64,000 nucleotides of DNA from Adineta vaga (lineage: Eukaryota > Animalia > Rotifera): the NCBI GenBank assembly GCA_021613535.1, contig CP075497.1, positions 4,712,001-4,776,000 of the forward strand, written 5' to 3'. Every line of letters starts with the position of its first letter. The stretch's first letter is position 1. The translations under genes and the position numbers were made by a program. Under the pieces are notes generated by a model. That model saw nothing but the letters and a program-made list of their open reading frames with translations. It was not told the DNA's origin and did not search any database. Of this stretch, positions 12,818 through 28,016 are shown piece by piece.

Positions 12818-13038
12818 AATCGTTCGAAATGGATACAAAGATATATATTTAGAGAATAAGATGAATTGGATATTCGAATATGTTTTTTGTGTTTTCTAAA
12901 CTTGTTAAGTTAAATCGACAAAGAGTAGCACAGAACAGAATGAATTATAGAATGTACAAATGCGCGAATTTTAATTAATTATGTTTATTTTTATTTTCTT
13001 TAATAGAAATAAAGAACAACAAGAATATCTAGATGAAG

Positions 13039-15294
13039 TTATAATACAACAGAATTGGTTTGTTTCAAAAAATGAAATCCTTTTCGTTTCTTTGGATTAT
13101 CAGATAAAGATTTAATTATTGGAGTTAAACTTGTGCGATAAGTATCCGAATATTTCTGTGTTAAGAGTGTATTATATGTCGCAGAAGCTTGCAAATTGCG
13201 ATTTTTTATCGCTGTTTCTTGTGGAAAGGACACATTCGATGTACGACGTCCAATATTTGTACAGAAACAAAATATTTGTTTGAATGTATCACGAAATGCT
13301 CGTGACATGAGACAATAAAGAAGAAAATTAACTGAATTATTTATCAAAGCTAATATATCAAATGTATCACCTAAATACCAGAAACAGAATTTATTCAATA
13401 TGATTGATGTTTTGAAGAAGAAGAAAGGATAAAAAAGGAAGCAGAAAATATTTACCGAGATGTTGATAAATTTCAAAATAATATTTTGATTTCGTTTTCG
13501 AAAGAAATGCTAATAATAAAATTGCACCTTGAGGTAGTTCTGTAACGAGAAATAACACACAGACACTAACTAACATTAATGTTGTTCGACGATTTTCATT
13601 TTCACGTTTTCGTCCTCGTATCCGTCCATTACTCGATGAATTTTTTGTTGCTACTAATGAATGTCGATACACTTTTTCCGACTGTCGTAATGCATTTCGT
13701 AATTGTTGAACTAATAAAAAACTAAATAATAATAACAATGCACATGGTATTAATTTGAACATCACACTATGTAAAACAAAGACAGTTTCACGTAATGATA
13801 ACGAACGACTAAATTGAGTTTCTTCAAAACGATAAAAGACAATTGATTTCATATCTTCCGATGATGTATCGTTTTGATATACTTTAACAATACGATGTCC
13901 AACATAAGATGGAATACAAAGAATAGTCGATAGGAGAACAACAATACTAACACCTATCAAAGCTCGATCAGGTGAAGAAACATAAGCAGATAATGTTTTA
14001 CAACTAAGAAATACATAGCGGAAGGCAGCAAGAAATACGGTTAACCTAAAAAAGAAAAATAATTCTTCAAAATTTTTGTTTTCAATTAATATATATTTTA
14101 TCGACTTTCGTTATCGTAATACTTTAGAATAAATACAAATCCGTAGAAATTATGCTCATTATTTAATATGCACAAGAAAATGCTTTTCTCTAGTAAGTAT
14201 TTAGTTGTTATTTCGATTTATTTTATTTAATTTTCAGACAACATATTATCGGTCTCAAAGGATAAGTACTTACTTTTAAAATCTTCTATATCCGTTGAAC
14301 TTATTCGTCTAGTTCCATACTCAGAAAGTAAGATTTTATTAAGAGGGTTTCATCTCACCCTAAAGCTTTCTATATTTTCCGAAGCGAAAGAGATTAAAAC
14401 TATTGAATTGTAGGTTATCAGAAAACATTGAGTTCGTAAATTAGCTATTTACGATCTTGATTTGATCTATGTTTTCCGACAAAGTCATTATTTTTATCCA
14501 AAATGTGTGCCATTATTATTTTAAAAGGGCATGATTTCAAAATTGTCAGGATTCTTTTCTTCAAAGATGACAATCGATTTTAACGACAAATCGGAAATGT
14601 CAATTTATATCAATTTCCTACCGGAAACTAGAAAAACTAGGATTCACATTATGCTTATATAATCTCGGACGATGAATCTCATCATATCAACTTTCAGAAA
14701 AGCTGTTTACTATCAAAAAGATATTTCTTGTAACTTGCGTGAGATCCATTCATGTAGGAATTACTGACTAGTGTTACCAGTGAGATGAAAATTCCTTCAC
14801 TTGTCATCTACCTACCATGTACTAATACAATGTAATGTTAATGTGAAAAGCATATGTATCATATAAAATTGCACTTGAAAGTATGAGGTAGGATCCGGTT
14901 CACTTTTTAATTCACTCTTTGGTAAACAATAAAATATAATAACAGCTGGTAATACAAATAACATTTTTAATAAATCCGACAACGCTAATGATGTGAGAAT
15001 TGTATTTGTTGATGAACGCATTAAGGGACGTGTTAATACGATAATATTAAACAGATTACATGTTAAACCAAATATGCAGACGAAACTTGAAATTATTCCA
15101 TGATAATTACGATAAAGTAGTCTATAGCTTACAAGTGAATTGATATTTTCATCGGAAGCCACCGAAATCATTGTGGAATTTTCTGATAAAACTAGTGATT
15201 CAGTGATATTAGCGAGAATTTGTTGAACGATTGTTGAAGTTGAATACAGATAAGATCGATTCGAAGACATGGATGGAGATGAACGTAATGACAT
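13039..15294 (-). CDS. Class A neuropeptide GPCR, myosuppressin/DMSR-1/FMRFamide-receptor-like
   Basis: CIFGLTCNLFNIIVLTR, LALSD, spliced ISTWLTVFLAAFRY, FKLIPC, RTTLML..FLVTELPQG, DILALINNSVNFLLYCLMS..FR. Three coding exons. Confidence 0.9.
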
Positions 15295-18200
15295 AATGTC
15301 AAGAAATGAATCAATATACAAAGCTAAAGATAAAACATAGCATTTATCTTTGATGAAGTAAGAAGAAAGTATAAACATCAATACATGAGTTTGTTACAGA
15401 AAAGAACATAATGTAATTCCGGTTTAGCTAGAAGAGAAACGGTTAATCTGTCGAGGCTCTCTCTTTCTCTTTCTCTTTTTCTCTTTAACGCATTCATTCT
15501 TTCCCTCGCGTGTTTTCTTGCCGATGGCACAACGGAACTTTGATCGACAGGATTAATGTGAATAACAGCAATATTAACGTACAATGCAATGAGTTCCTGC
15601 GCTGTTCTTATATACTGTTTATGGAAGACTTCACATTCTTTGACAGATCATATTGGTAAATTACTATAAACAAACTTAGTAATATAATAAATGTCCGATA
15701 TACAGAATGTCGCTGAATAGAGAAAAAAAAAGAGTAAAGGAAATTCTAACATTTATTTCGCTTTCAATTATAACTTTACATAGCGATAGTTCATTTAAGT
15801 ACGTAGGTGGCAGATGAAAATAGAGAAGATATCCGTACTAATGACTATCAATCAAATCGTAAACAATAATTTGTTTGAACAAATTAGGAAGTGACGGTTG
15901 CAATAAATCATTCACATGAATGATAATTAAATCTGTCTCAATATCATTTCTAACACACACAGAGACGATGATGAGAAATTCTATTGCGTTTCTCTTCCCG
16001 TTCAAATAAATTACATGTTGAACACGATCAAATATACATCAAAGTACAAATAAGTCAATATCTAACTATTTCTAGTCTAGTGATTATTCTTCTTCTCATA
16101 TTTTCGATTACTCCCTTTTAAATATGTAATTTAATACGCATATTATTTTCAAATAAATACTTACGTTCAAGAAAAACGTCCTCCATGGGTTCACTGATCG
16201 TGATTTGAGAAAAATACGAAGAAGAAGAAGAAGAAGAAAAAGAAAATGTTCGATGTTTGAGCACAAAAGATCAAACAAAAATATTCCAAAAAAGGCATGT
16301 ATTATTGCTTTGCTCTCGACTTTTTTTTATTAACTAAACGAACAACACTCAAAAAAGCAAGTGCTATATTGACCAAAAAAAGTAAAGACAAAAAACAATC
16401 GGTCTGGAACTTTTCTCTGCAATTTTTGGATGTATTAAGAGGACGATGGGGAAAAGTGTGACATTCAAGACACTCTATAATTATCGTCAATCTCTCACAA
16501 AATACCAATCATATATCAATTTAGATAACTTAATATTAGTATTTAGTGTCGGAACATGGAAAACATGCATCATCTGCACTGAAAGTGTCTCGGATAACAA
16601 AAAATATGTGTGTGTGTGTATAGAGACAGAAGAAAGTGTGTTTAAAAAATGAAAATATTCTAATTCTCTAGTGAAATGCTTGAAAAAAGAATAACATAAA
16701 TGTGCTTTAATTACGGAATTCATTCGATAGTGTCTTCTATTGATTAGATTTTTATATTAGAATCTACTTAATTTGATATTCTGTTCTAGATTTAATGTAT
16801 GAATAGCGAAAAGAAAAGTTGCTTTGACTTATATTCATATTGACAAACTAAACGGAAGAAAACAAATGATGTATGTTGAACGAAATAAGAGAAAAATCCA
16901 TTAAGCCTACTTAAAATGCTTTCCTTCTTCTCATTATGCATGTCTACACATGAGAAATATGTCAAATGAAGTAACTTATTTATTTTTTCGGGAGTACAAT
17001 ATTATAATTACTTTTTTTTTCTTTTGAAGAAATACGAAAGTATATTTTCTATATTTAAAATATATTTTTAATTTACGACTGTCTTTTGATGAAAAATGCT
17101 CCTCAATCAACTGTCAAAAATATGCAATTATCAGATTAAATAGCTTTCAGAATATATCTTCGGTTTCATCTTTGATATAGTTAAGAGACTATTAAGAAAA
17201 AAATCAACATATTCTTTATTGGATCAAGTAAATCTAACTATTTTTCTTCTAGAAAACAATCTTCAAATTCTATTATAAACAAACTAATTATACGCGAAGA
17301 ATGATAATGAAATACTGTGAGAACTTTCTCTGCGCCTACGTTATGTATCAGCTGTTACCCATAATTTCCTTTCGCGAACTATCAGATGATTTCATTCTAG
17401 TCTGACGTAATAATTTATCTGAGGAAATCATCATTTTACTTCTTTTATACGAAATACAATAGAAATAGAACGAGATTTTTTCACGGTAGTTGAAACACTA
17501 TTAAAAAACTACTTCATTCCAATCAACATATCAACAAGAGATCTATGAAAAAAACAACTTACATTATCTTTATTTTACAACTGAATGTCAAGCAAAATAT
17601 ATGGACATGTGATGATGTAAATGAATGAGATAGTCTATATTTACCGATTGTTAAGAATTGATTTAATTGCTGATCTTGATATATAAATGAAATGCATTCT
17701 AATGAAGAAGAAAAGATAAAAAAGTCGACGGAGCATTCAAGTACCTATTGCTTCTTATTTAAATAAGATTGAAATATTAATTGAGAGACAGTGTTTTCAT
17801 GGATTAAAAAGCATAGTTTAGTCTGTTTTCTCAGCTCGTACGTACACTTATTAATTAGATTCTAGATATGTAAATGGTAAGAAAATTTTTAATAAATATT
17901 TAATAAATTAATGAAAATCTATTGACTCCTGTATGCATTTATTTATTAGAGATATATTTTTAATTCGAAGAAAAATATTCCATATCTCATTTATAAACTA
18001 CCTCTAGCGTCTTTGTTTCTTCATTAATATTAAAAAAAAAGAAGTTATTTTAGATAAAATCCATCCCCTTCTCATCTTTCACCTCCCTTTTATGATGATA
18101 ACTATCAAATGAATTAGCAGTAATTACTTTGACAAGATCAATCTTCGACTCTTTCAACACACTTCCCTTCTCGATATCCTTCCCGTCAGAAGTTATTATT

Positions 18201-19767
18201 CTGTCTTCTTTTTTTTCAAACTTATCTTCACAATATTCTTGAGTGCTCTATTCTTTACCTTTATTTCATTCTATTATGATTACAAAACTCGCACTGATCC
18301 ATTTCAATCTCTCTAACAAAAAAGCGGCCACTATTTCTTAGATTGCGTTTCGGCAAATCTAAAAATTGTCGATAAATACAGCACGTACCTTATATGAAAT
18401 TAATTGATTTTGATGAAGAAAAAAATCGAATCATATTTCAATTTCTTCCCACAATATGTATCTGGTTAGTTGAATAGAAAAATATCGATTAAAAATATTG
18501 TCATGTTCGATAATTTCATATTCTTATCGTTTTATGTGCTTGTCTCTAGTTCTATTTGATAGAAAATAACAAGTGAAACAGAGCAAAAAATAAAATAGAT
18601 TTTGTCATCTCGTCATTTCTTTTTTTTCTCCTATTTCCTTCTTGTTCTTAACAATTCTTATATAGAATTTTCCTTTGTCTGGTACACTTAGAAAACGCTT
18701 ATGCTTTTATACTTCAATCTACTTGCTATTCACTGATTTAGTGATTCAAACGTCATATTGATGACATTTACTATCAGAGAGTGCAGCACATCAGACAACA
18801 ATTATTTAGCTTAAAGAAAAACACGCAAAATCGCTATTTTCCAATGGTGATTTAGATACTTTTTTTAAAAATCAGTTCCTGTTTTTTTTGGCTTTTTATC
18901 CTTGATTGATTACTCCATTGCATGTTTGAGAATTTGATTAGAGAATAGAATATTCATAAGACAAAAAAAAGCTTTTCATCCGGAGAAAAAATTGCTTTCA
19001 ATCTAATGAAAGATGAATGACAGAAAACTTTTGATTTATCAGAAGTCAGGACTATTAGATATCATTTTTTAGTTTAAATAGATTTTTAATGTAAACTTCT
19101 TTTCTTTTTTATCACAGGAAAAAAAAACTTACTCTTAGACGATTTCATAAGGAGAAAATGTATTTTTTTTTTGAAAACTTCAAAACTTATGTTTACCTAC
19201 TTATGTTAAATAAGGAGTTAATGAATATTTTGTCAGTTGAAGTGTAAAAATATTTCCATTATATTTCACAAAATGTTCATACGCTTTCCAAAAAGCCAAT
19301 GCAATGGTTTCACAAGTCAAACAGTCCGTAATTGAGTGGTTAAGCTAAAAATTGTAAGAAAGCTTTCATAATACTTTCAGAAACGGATATTTTGATTAAT
19401 TAAGTCAATGGAACATGCCACAGGTTCAAAACAATATTTTACAGACATTAAACGCTTCAAAGAAGATTCTAGTGCAATCAATTGATTAGCTTGGGAAAAA
19501 AAACAAAACAAGAACTGAATTCATATTTCTAATGAATTTCTAGTAGTATCTCATCTTTTATAAAAGAAAATTAATTAAGTTACATTATCTTCTAGTCTAA
19601 TGAATTCTGAGAATGCGTTTCATATGATTAAATATTCTATAAGATCTGAAACGGTGCTTATTATTGAATTAGTAGTACCAAAAAATTTAATACGATTACA
19701 GATATCAATTCACACGCCTCCTTTTTTTCTCTCCATGCTATATTGTAAAGATACAAAAAAAGAAGGT

Positions 19768-21742
19768 TTAACGTGATTTACTATGCCAATGACTGTAAGT
19801 AAAATAGATAAGAAGAGAAATGAGAATAACACAAGTGTATCCTAACCAATCATGAGCATCTTGAAAAATCATCAAAAATATAAAGATTTTTATATTAATC
19901 AATGGAATTAATGGAACACCAGGACAAGTAAAAAGAAGATCTTTTGAATGTTTCTTTGGACGTAATAAACAAAAGATCAATGCAATTGTTACATTCACCA
20001 ATATGAATAGTATCACAAAAATGAGATGTAATGAAGAATTTTTGTTGAATATATAAATAAGAATAATAGCAAAAATTGTTGTATTACAAATAAAGATTAT
20101 TAATAAGATAATAGCAGTAAATTTTGGAGATAAATATGAATCAATTATTGGAAGATATGAACGACATGATGAACGAATTATTCGTGTTAAAAACGGATCT
20201 AATTCTAATATTGGATTTAATTCAATGTTTTCATTATCATCATTATTTGTTAATTCAAATCTTTCTTCTTCTTCTTCTTTATCATCGTCATTAGTTAAAA
20301 CAATTTGATAGGTTGAATGATGATTATATCGTTCGATAAGTAAACCAATTGATACACCCGTATAACTAAGTAATGCAGATATATCAGCAAAACCAATCAA
20401 ATCCTTTACATAGAAAAATATAAAATTAATTATTGAATTCTTTCATTCGAATTTAATTTACTTTGATATCGAAAAATGTTCCAAGAAGTGCAATAACAAA
20501 ACAAACTAAACATGTAGCCATCACAGGAACATGTCGTCCTTTACTAACAGAACTTAATTTTGAAGGTAATAATCCATCAGTTGACATTGCATAACTATAA
20601 GAAAATAAAAAATTAAAGTTAATATAAAAACTTATTTACATAATTCGAATGGTTCCATATGTTCCTGAAAGTAAATTTCCTCCAGCACTGAAAACAATCG
20701 CAAATGAGATAATATAACCTGCCCATGGCCATTTGGATAATTTATAAGCATTCGCAAATGCAGAATCAGTATCAATAGAATGATATGGAATTAAGTAAGT
20801 TAATGAAGAGCCAGCTAATGAATAGAGTAATGTAACAATGATAAGTGAAATAACGGTTGCTTGTGGAACTGTTCGAGATGGATTTTTTGCTTCTTCAATT
20901 GCTATTGTAGCCATTTCGAAACCAATATATGAATAGAGTAGTAATGAACTTCCACGAAATATACCTTCGACTCCAAACGGAAAAAATGGTTCATAATTAT
21001 GAATATCGCCAAGTATATATCCTGTGATACCAATAAAAAGTAAAGCCGACATATTGATTACAGTCAGACTATTTGTTAAATATTTCGAATTTCGTAGACC
21101 AACAAGCATTGCTATGAGAAGAAATATAGTGATGCCAAAAGCTAGAAAATCAGGAGATTTGGCAAAAGGTGCATGTGCATTGGGCCAGTGAAAAGTATGA
21201 TTTGTGAGAAAAGAATTTATTTTATGATCAAAAACAGCATCAAAATAAGCAGACCATACTCGAGCACTGACACCTAAACCTGCTACTCCACCAACAATCG
21301 ATGTAAATCCCTTTGAAAAATTTATAAATAGATGAGAAATAGAAAGTTAATTGATTTACCACAAGAAATGCAAGTAATTCTCCAATAGATTCATAGATAA
21401 ATATATACGAAGAACCAGCCCTAGGAATTCGTGCCGCAAATTCTGCATAGCAAAGAGCACCTACGAAACATAAAAGTAGAATAATCCGAATCGATGTTCT
21501 ATTTCATTCATTCATTATAGATTACCGAATAGACAAGAGATACCAGCAAGTAAATTAGCTATAATAATAGCTGGTCCTGTTTGACCTTTGGCAACAACAC
21601 CAGTTAAAACATAAATACCTGATCCAATCATTCCACTTACAGTTAAAAATATTAAATCATATAAATTTAAACATCGTAATAATGGTGTATCTAAATCGTT
21701 TGTTATCGCATGTTTTTTACGAAATAAATTTCCAAAAAGCAT
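19768..21742 (-). CDS. Cationic amino acid transporter (SLC7 CAT subfamily)
   Basis: LLRCLNLYDL, GSGIYVLTG, ALCYAEFAARIPRAGSSY, FFPFGVEGI, YIGFE..EEAKNP, YAMSTDGLLP, FTCPGVPLIP, YFTYSHWHS. Confidence 0.93.
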
Positions 21743-22386
21743 CTTTCTTTCGATCTAAAACAATACCAAATATAAACGATTAGCTAAACTTTATATATAT
21801 TAATAGAATTATGTGACGATAATGTGAGTACTGATCATGAAAGTATCGAGACAGGGTTGTTTCTGAAGATTTTCATGTGTACCGATACAAAAGAAAAGAG
21901 CAATTGTATTTATGTTAAATAATTGTATCTTTTCCATTTGTCTATAAAAACGAATAAATAATGATAAAGAAAACTGACATTAGAATGTTTGAATTCATTT
22001 CAATTTCGATTAGTATTTTATTTGACTAATAAAACTGTAGAAGTATTTTGTTCCACAGTAAAATAATCATCAATACATATTCAACTATTATTATGATGAC
22101 AAAAGGAAACATCACAAATGAATAAATGAACAAGTATTGATAAGGAAAAAAGAAAAAAAATATCGTAAAATTCAACATAAAAACTATTTTAAATTGAATC
22201 CATATTAAAGATCATTCCGTAGGATCAAAAGAAAGCAAAGATCTACATTAGGAAGAAAAAATTCCATTGGAAAACACTGTAAACAAAACATTGAAAGAAA
22301 ATTAAATGCGCATACACACACATGAATACATACATATATATATATGATTTTATCACAGAAATATACATTGATATACTGTCATTAAG

Positions 22387-23487
22387 TTAGATTTTTGATG
22401 AATATTGCTGTTGTTGTTGCTGTTGTTCGAATTCAATTTGACTATCACTATCATCATTCTCATGATTATCAATATTTATAATTGCATTGCCATTCTTTGG
22501 TTTTAGTAGTTTTAATTTATGATTATTCGATTTAATAACCGTTCCTGTTTCTTTATCTAATACATCATCATCATCATCGTCACCACCACCATCTTCTTCT
22601 TCTTCTTCATTAAGCACACTGTAATGATTGAAACCTTGATAGCGTCGTTTTAAAACCGACCATACAAATGCTGATTGAAGAAAAAGAAAAATACAAACTA
22701 ATAATCCAAGCCAAATAAATAGAACAGTGATTAGTAATATATTTCCATGAGTTTCTGTCCATCTCCAATATGGATCATTCGATGGAAAATACAGAATAAA
22801 ACCAGCTGCATAAAACCTAAAATCATTCAAATTAATTATTCAGAATCAAAATCTACATTCTACAACTAACCAAGCTCCTTGTAATAACGTTGCACCAATT
22901 CGACAATAGGTAGCTAAGATTTGATTCGGTCGATTATACTCCCAAATGCTAGCTAAGACACAAAACATGATATTATACACAAGTAATGTATGAACATGAA
23001 CATTAACGTCATCTTTTCCATGTAAATGAAAATGAAATAAAAATCCTTCAAGACCAAATGCAAATATATTAGCAGTAAATTCAATTCCCTTCGGTAAGCT
23101 ATATTTTGCGTGAACAAGTATTTCAATTAGTGCAGCAAAACCAAATGAAAAGAACATCGTGATATGTTGTGCATTAACTTCACCGAATATCCATACTTGT
23201 CGTTTCAATGTATCATCATATGGATGTTTAAGACCAGTCACAGCTTCACCTAAGATTCCAATACTGACACAGATCAATTTTAAACAAGATTCTAAAGGAA
23301 TTTGTCCGATTGATGATGAGCAGCATGAACATGAATATGTTGTTGATGAATGATAAGGAATTGGTTTACGAGTTTTTTTTGATGGATGACGAGAATGAAA
23401 ATGTTTTGCAGCAACACAGAAACCCCACCATATGGCGAACATAGCAAAGAATGTGCCGGGTACAATATGACCCATAAGTGAATCCAT
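22387..23487 (-). CDS. TMEM45: TMEM45/DUF716 family membrane protein
   Basis: GHIVPGTFF..IWW, QHITMF, EGFLFHFH..HVHTLL, LLQGAW|FY. Two coding exons and an acidic C-tail. Confidence 0.88.
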
Positions 23488-24003
23488 GATGATTAATACT
23501 ATTCAAGTTATCTGAAAGAAAAAAAAACAGACGATATTCACAAGTTCGATTTTAAAGATCATAAAGAAAAGATTATGACGTACAAAGCAGTTATTCATAA
23601 CGACATAGAATTTGATACCTTCGATAATAGTAATTATATGATAAATGACATTCTCGTCTAAATATAACAATACTTGACTCAGCTGTTGATCTCTTGCTGT
23701 TCTCTGACGCGTTTGACCGCTGTACTATAAGTAAGAGAACTATGTATAATTGTTGAACAATGTTTTCAATTCAAACTGTTGTTCATTCTGTCGACTAACT
23801 GTACTTTACTACATCGAACAAATATTTTTGTGTAGTTCTTACAAAGAATGATATTTAAAATATGGACTCGTTTACCTTCGTTATTGAGAATGAAAATAAT
23901 GAGTAATATGCACTCTCTAGTATCACAGAACTCCTTTAAAAATCAGTTATATTATATGAAAAAAACAATCATAGAATGACTTCATGAAGTCGAAGTTTAT
24001 AAT

Positions 24004-24785
24004 TTATAATTCAACAACAATTGCCGGTTGTAATGGTTGATAACGAAGATTGCACGTTGATGCGTTAACAAATATTGTTTTCTCATTATCTTGATGTTTT
24101 CCATATGCTTCATGTATATGTCCAAATACATGAAGTTTGGGTTTGATAAGTTGTACACGATTATATAGTGCCTTACAACCGACATGTTCTTGTCTTCGCG
24201 TAGAATCAAGAATTCCATAAGGCGGACCATGTGTTATTAAAACATCAGTATCTAACGGAATCTTCTTCCATACTGAATGAATTTCTTCACTATCACGTTC
24301 GATATTAAATGCCCAATCACAAAATGCTGGTTGCCATGGACTAAATTATGAGACTATGAAAAAAGCTGAGATCTTTCGAAATTTGTTTTAAAAATATACC
24401 TTCCATAAAATTTCAATTGAGTAACTGGATCAACATACGTTTGATCTTGTAAATAAATAATTCCATAATCATCTTTTAATGTTGGTTCTTTGAACATATC
24501 AATAATTGCTTGACTATCTTCTTCTTTCGTATCAAAATGATTCCAGTGACTTGCATAATATGTACGATCAAGTGTCACATCATGATTTCCAGCAATAAAA
24601 ATTTTTAAACGAAATTTTCTTAAAGTCTTTAACCAGGTTAAGAAAGTTTCCAATTCATCACGTTTACCTGTTCTTGATAGATCACCTGCGTGTACTAGAA
24701 TATCACCATCTGGTAAATCGAAATTATAATGTGAATGAGTATCCGAAATGCAAACAACACGTGTTGATGGTTTTGTTTGAGACAT
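24004..24785 (-). CDS. Calcineurin-like metallophosphoesterase (MPPED1/2, 239FB-like)
   Basis: ISDTH, HAGD, AGNHD in exon 1. Exon 2 carries SPWQPAFCDWAFN, ITHGPP, FGHIHE. Stop at 24004. Confidence 0.92.
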
Positions 24786-26095
24786 TCGATTGAATAATAG
24801 AACAGGTAATATCTTTTAATTGATGTAGAAACATGTCTTAACTTAATAAATATCTGACTCATTGAGAAAATAAATATTTTTTTTTTCGATGGAAAAGTTT
24901 TGATGTTATCATAGTCGATCCGACATATGTCAATTGTCAAGAAAGAAGGAAAAAAACGAACGAACAAACGAGAGGAAATGAAGATGTTACTACATAACCA
25001 ATCAAAATGTATTTCAAAAATTAATTCGCTTTAAGTTCTTAGACAATTATTTGATAGGAAAGAATTGTTCTGTAAGTATACTGCGAAAAACTTAAACAAC
25101 TTTTATTTTTTATATAAATCTGTAACTAGTGTCATCTATTGGAAAGAAATTATAAACAATACGATGTTGTTATTAGATTAATCTTGTGATATGAACTGGT
25201 TCGAAAAGTGTGGAAAAAAGCATTGTGATGTTTCCGAAATCATCGTATTCATTTGTGAATCTCTTTAACAGTAGCTTTACTAGGATTTCTTTTCTATGCA
25301 TTATGATTTGATATAAAAAGATGAAAGATCATAAATCCCAAAAAGTGTTGACACACATTCGTTCAGTCAAGTACATTTTCTTTATGAATCTATTTGCTAG
25401 TCCAATTACATCATCAATTGAATGTGTTCTGTTCATGATTAAGAGAACAACTAATAAGGAGTCTTTATTTAATAATATCGCTCAAATTCACAAGTTGCTG
25501 TGTTCATGACAAGAACGAATGAAACATAATAAGATCGACATTATTGAAGAAAAGAAAGAAAAGAAAAGAATTCGTGCAACAGATTGTACTTTCTTTTTTC
25601 TCGTCAAAGATGATTTGTTTGCTAAGACAAATATTGTAGGTTGATATATACATATGAGGATAAATTCAATTCAAAAAGTATAATAAAAAGCAAATGAAAG
25701 TGTTGTGATAATCGATCGAGACGAAAACAAGTTCCTGGTACGATTTCGATCAGTTTCATACTTTTCTTTTACTATGATTATATCTTTACTTTTTATTCTA
25801 TTCTCAATATGTACAAAGAACTAATAGCAGTTGGTGGTCGACAATTACGATTCAATTTATATGTCCCTATTCAATGCAAATTTTCATTCAACAATGTTAT
25901 TTTCTTTGATTTGAAATGTGTCACTTGTCATTCTTGGTAAAGATCGAATAAGTAAGTACTTTTAATCGAGTAGAGACGAAGAAGAAGAACAAGAAAAAAG
26001 GACAAGGATTACATCTTTTTTTTCTGGTGATTATGATATTTGATAGTAGTAGTATATTTAAAACTTAAATCGCGTGTGCTTGTCAATATTCGACA

Positions 26096-28016
26096 TTATA
26101 AATCGATGCATTTTGAGGCCGTATCAAGTGGAACATCACGTTGTTCAGGTTCTTGAGGAAGATATACACGTTTCCAATCAAAATTCGGTGAGTAATTACC
26201 ATCAGAACCATTACATGATAAATGAAATGGTGCTAATTCATAAAATGTTTGAAGAATAGCTGCAGTTAGTGGAGTCCAACGTATTGAATGATAATTGTCA
26301 TATATTGTTCGATCTTTACTTGTTTTCGCCAAATCATATCTAAGAACGAATTTGATTTCTTTTCTTTTTTTTTAATCTTATTATTATAACTTACTGTTTC
26401 ATTGTTTCAAAAAATTGATCAAGTTCATCATCACGTACACTTGTTTTACATAATTCTAACTCACTTCGTGGATAATAATGCATATAATTAACACACATTT
26501 CATCATTTATTCCATATCCACCGAATGTCATATTAGATCGACTTTCTGTATTGTAAATACATGTATGTAAAATCGTATCACCACGTTCAATTTGAAGTGG
26601 TTTAGGTAAAAGACGAATTTCTTGAAAATGAGGACTATAATGTCGATCGACATTCAATGTCACAATTTCTCCTGATTTCTTAATAAGACGAGTAAATGCT
26701 TGAATACCAGTTAGATGTGTATGTAATTGTGAAGCAAATACAGTAATACCTTTGCGTGGTAGTGTTGCTTTTGTACATTCACCTGTACAATAACCAGAAA
26801 TACGAAACGATGGTAAACCTGGTGGAATTGAATTTTTTGGATTATATTCAAGACCAACTTCCATAATTCCTGCATCATATTTTCTTAATGTTGGTGTATA
26901 ATATATTCGTATACCTGATTGATCGATAACACCTTTTTTCAAATATGGATTATTAAAATGTACTTCAAGAACAAGAAATCGTGATGATTTAGATCCACCG
27001 ATTAATCCACCTGCTTCGTCTGGATAAGTAAAATTTTCGGCACCCATTGCCCATGCACCAATAACACGACGACATGGTGTTAAACCCATTGGTTTTTGTT
27101 CACTTGTACATATTCCATTAAATGCCGGTATTTTCATACTAGGATCTACATCACAATGGAATAATTCCATATGATGAACGATACCTTCACTTTGTGGTGA
27201 AACAATACCATCAAAACGAATAATATGATGTGGTTTTGCCATAATCTGTCGTGGTAATTCAAATCGTGTACACCAATAAGTTGTTTCAACATTTGGAATA
27301 TGAACATCTTGATTGAGAAAGTCAATATGTGGTTCTGTATCCGGTATTGAAGTAAAACTAGTCTAAATGAATTTCATTGAGATAGAATTTAAGTTTAAGT
27401 TTTCAAATCTTACTTGACTTTTAAGTAATTGAACACGTTGTAATACTAATTTCATACGTTCCACATTCACTTCAATTGTTTTTCTTTGTTTAAATTTTTG
27501 AAAATCATCATTCATCATTAAACCTGTTAACAGATGTGTTGTACCGTAATCGATAATATAATTTCGATGTTGTCTATCGCATGTATCAAATGGCCGTGTA
27601 ATTTGTATTGTATATTTTTTCTTCTTACCATTTTCTACATTGACACGATTTTGTATCATATAATCTAATTTCACCGGATTCTCAGGAAGATTTAATAAGC
27701 TATTTTCATCTGTATATCCATTATAAAGTTTTTCATCACTACCAAAGATAATAACGTCTAATTGATTGGTATTTAAATCATGAGTTGAAAATGCAAGTAA
27801 ACCACTTTGACTATTTGGAATCGTAATATTCCAGTGAAAAATCAATTGCGTTTCATCATTTTCATCATAATCCCATTGAAGTGTACTTTGAAATACTTCT
27901 GCTAAACCTACCATATATCGTAATTGATTCTCATCATTCTCTTGTCTTCGTAGAAAATTTCCACCAAAACTAATTTCAATGAGAAATAGAATTGATAAAA
28001 CTCGTATTGACAACAT
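26096..28016 (-). CDS. DBH: Dopamine/tyramine beta-hydroxylase (DOMON plus copper type II monooxygenase)
   Basis: Signal peptide and DOMON exon, then TTYWC, VHHMELFHC, AWAMGA, LEVHFNN, SQLHTH, YSPHFQEIR, DEMCVNYMHYYP. Three exons. Confidence 0.93.

Noticed and set aside
14046-14814. Long GPCR intron as a possible MITE or TE insertion
   Set aside because: No terminal inverted repeats, target-site duplication or coding remnant could be identified by eye.
24695-24967. Upstream MSQIFIKLRHVSTSIKR as a mitochondrial presequence for the phosphoesterase
   Set aside because: Different frame from the enzyme and no intron joins them.
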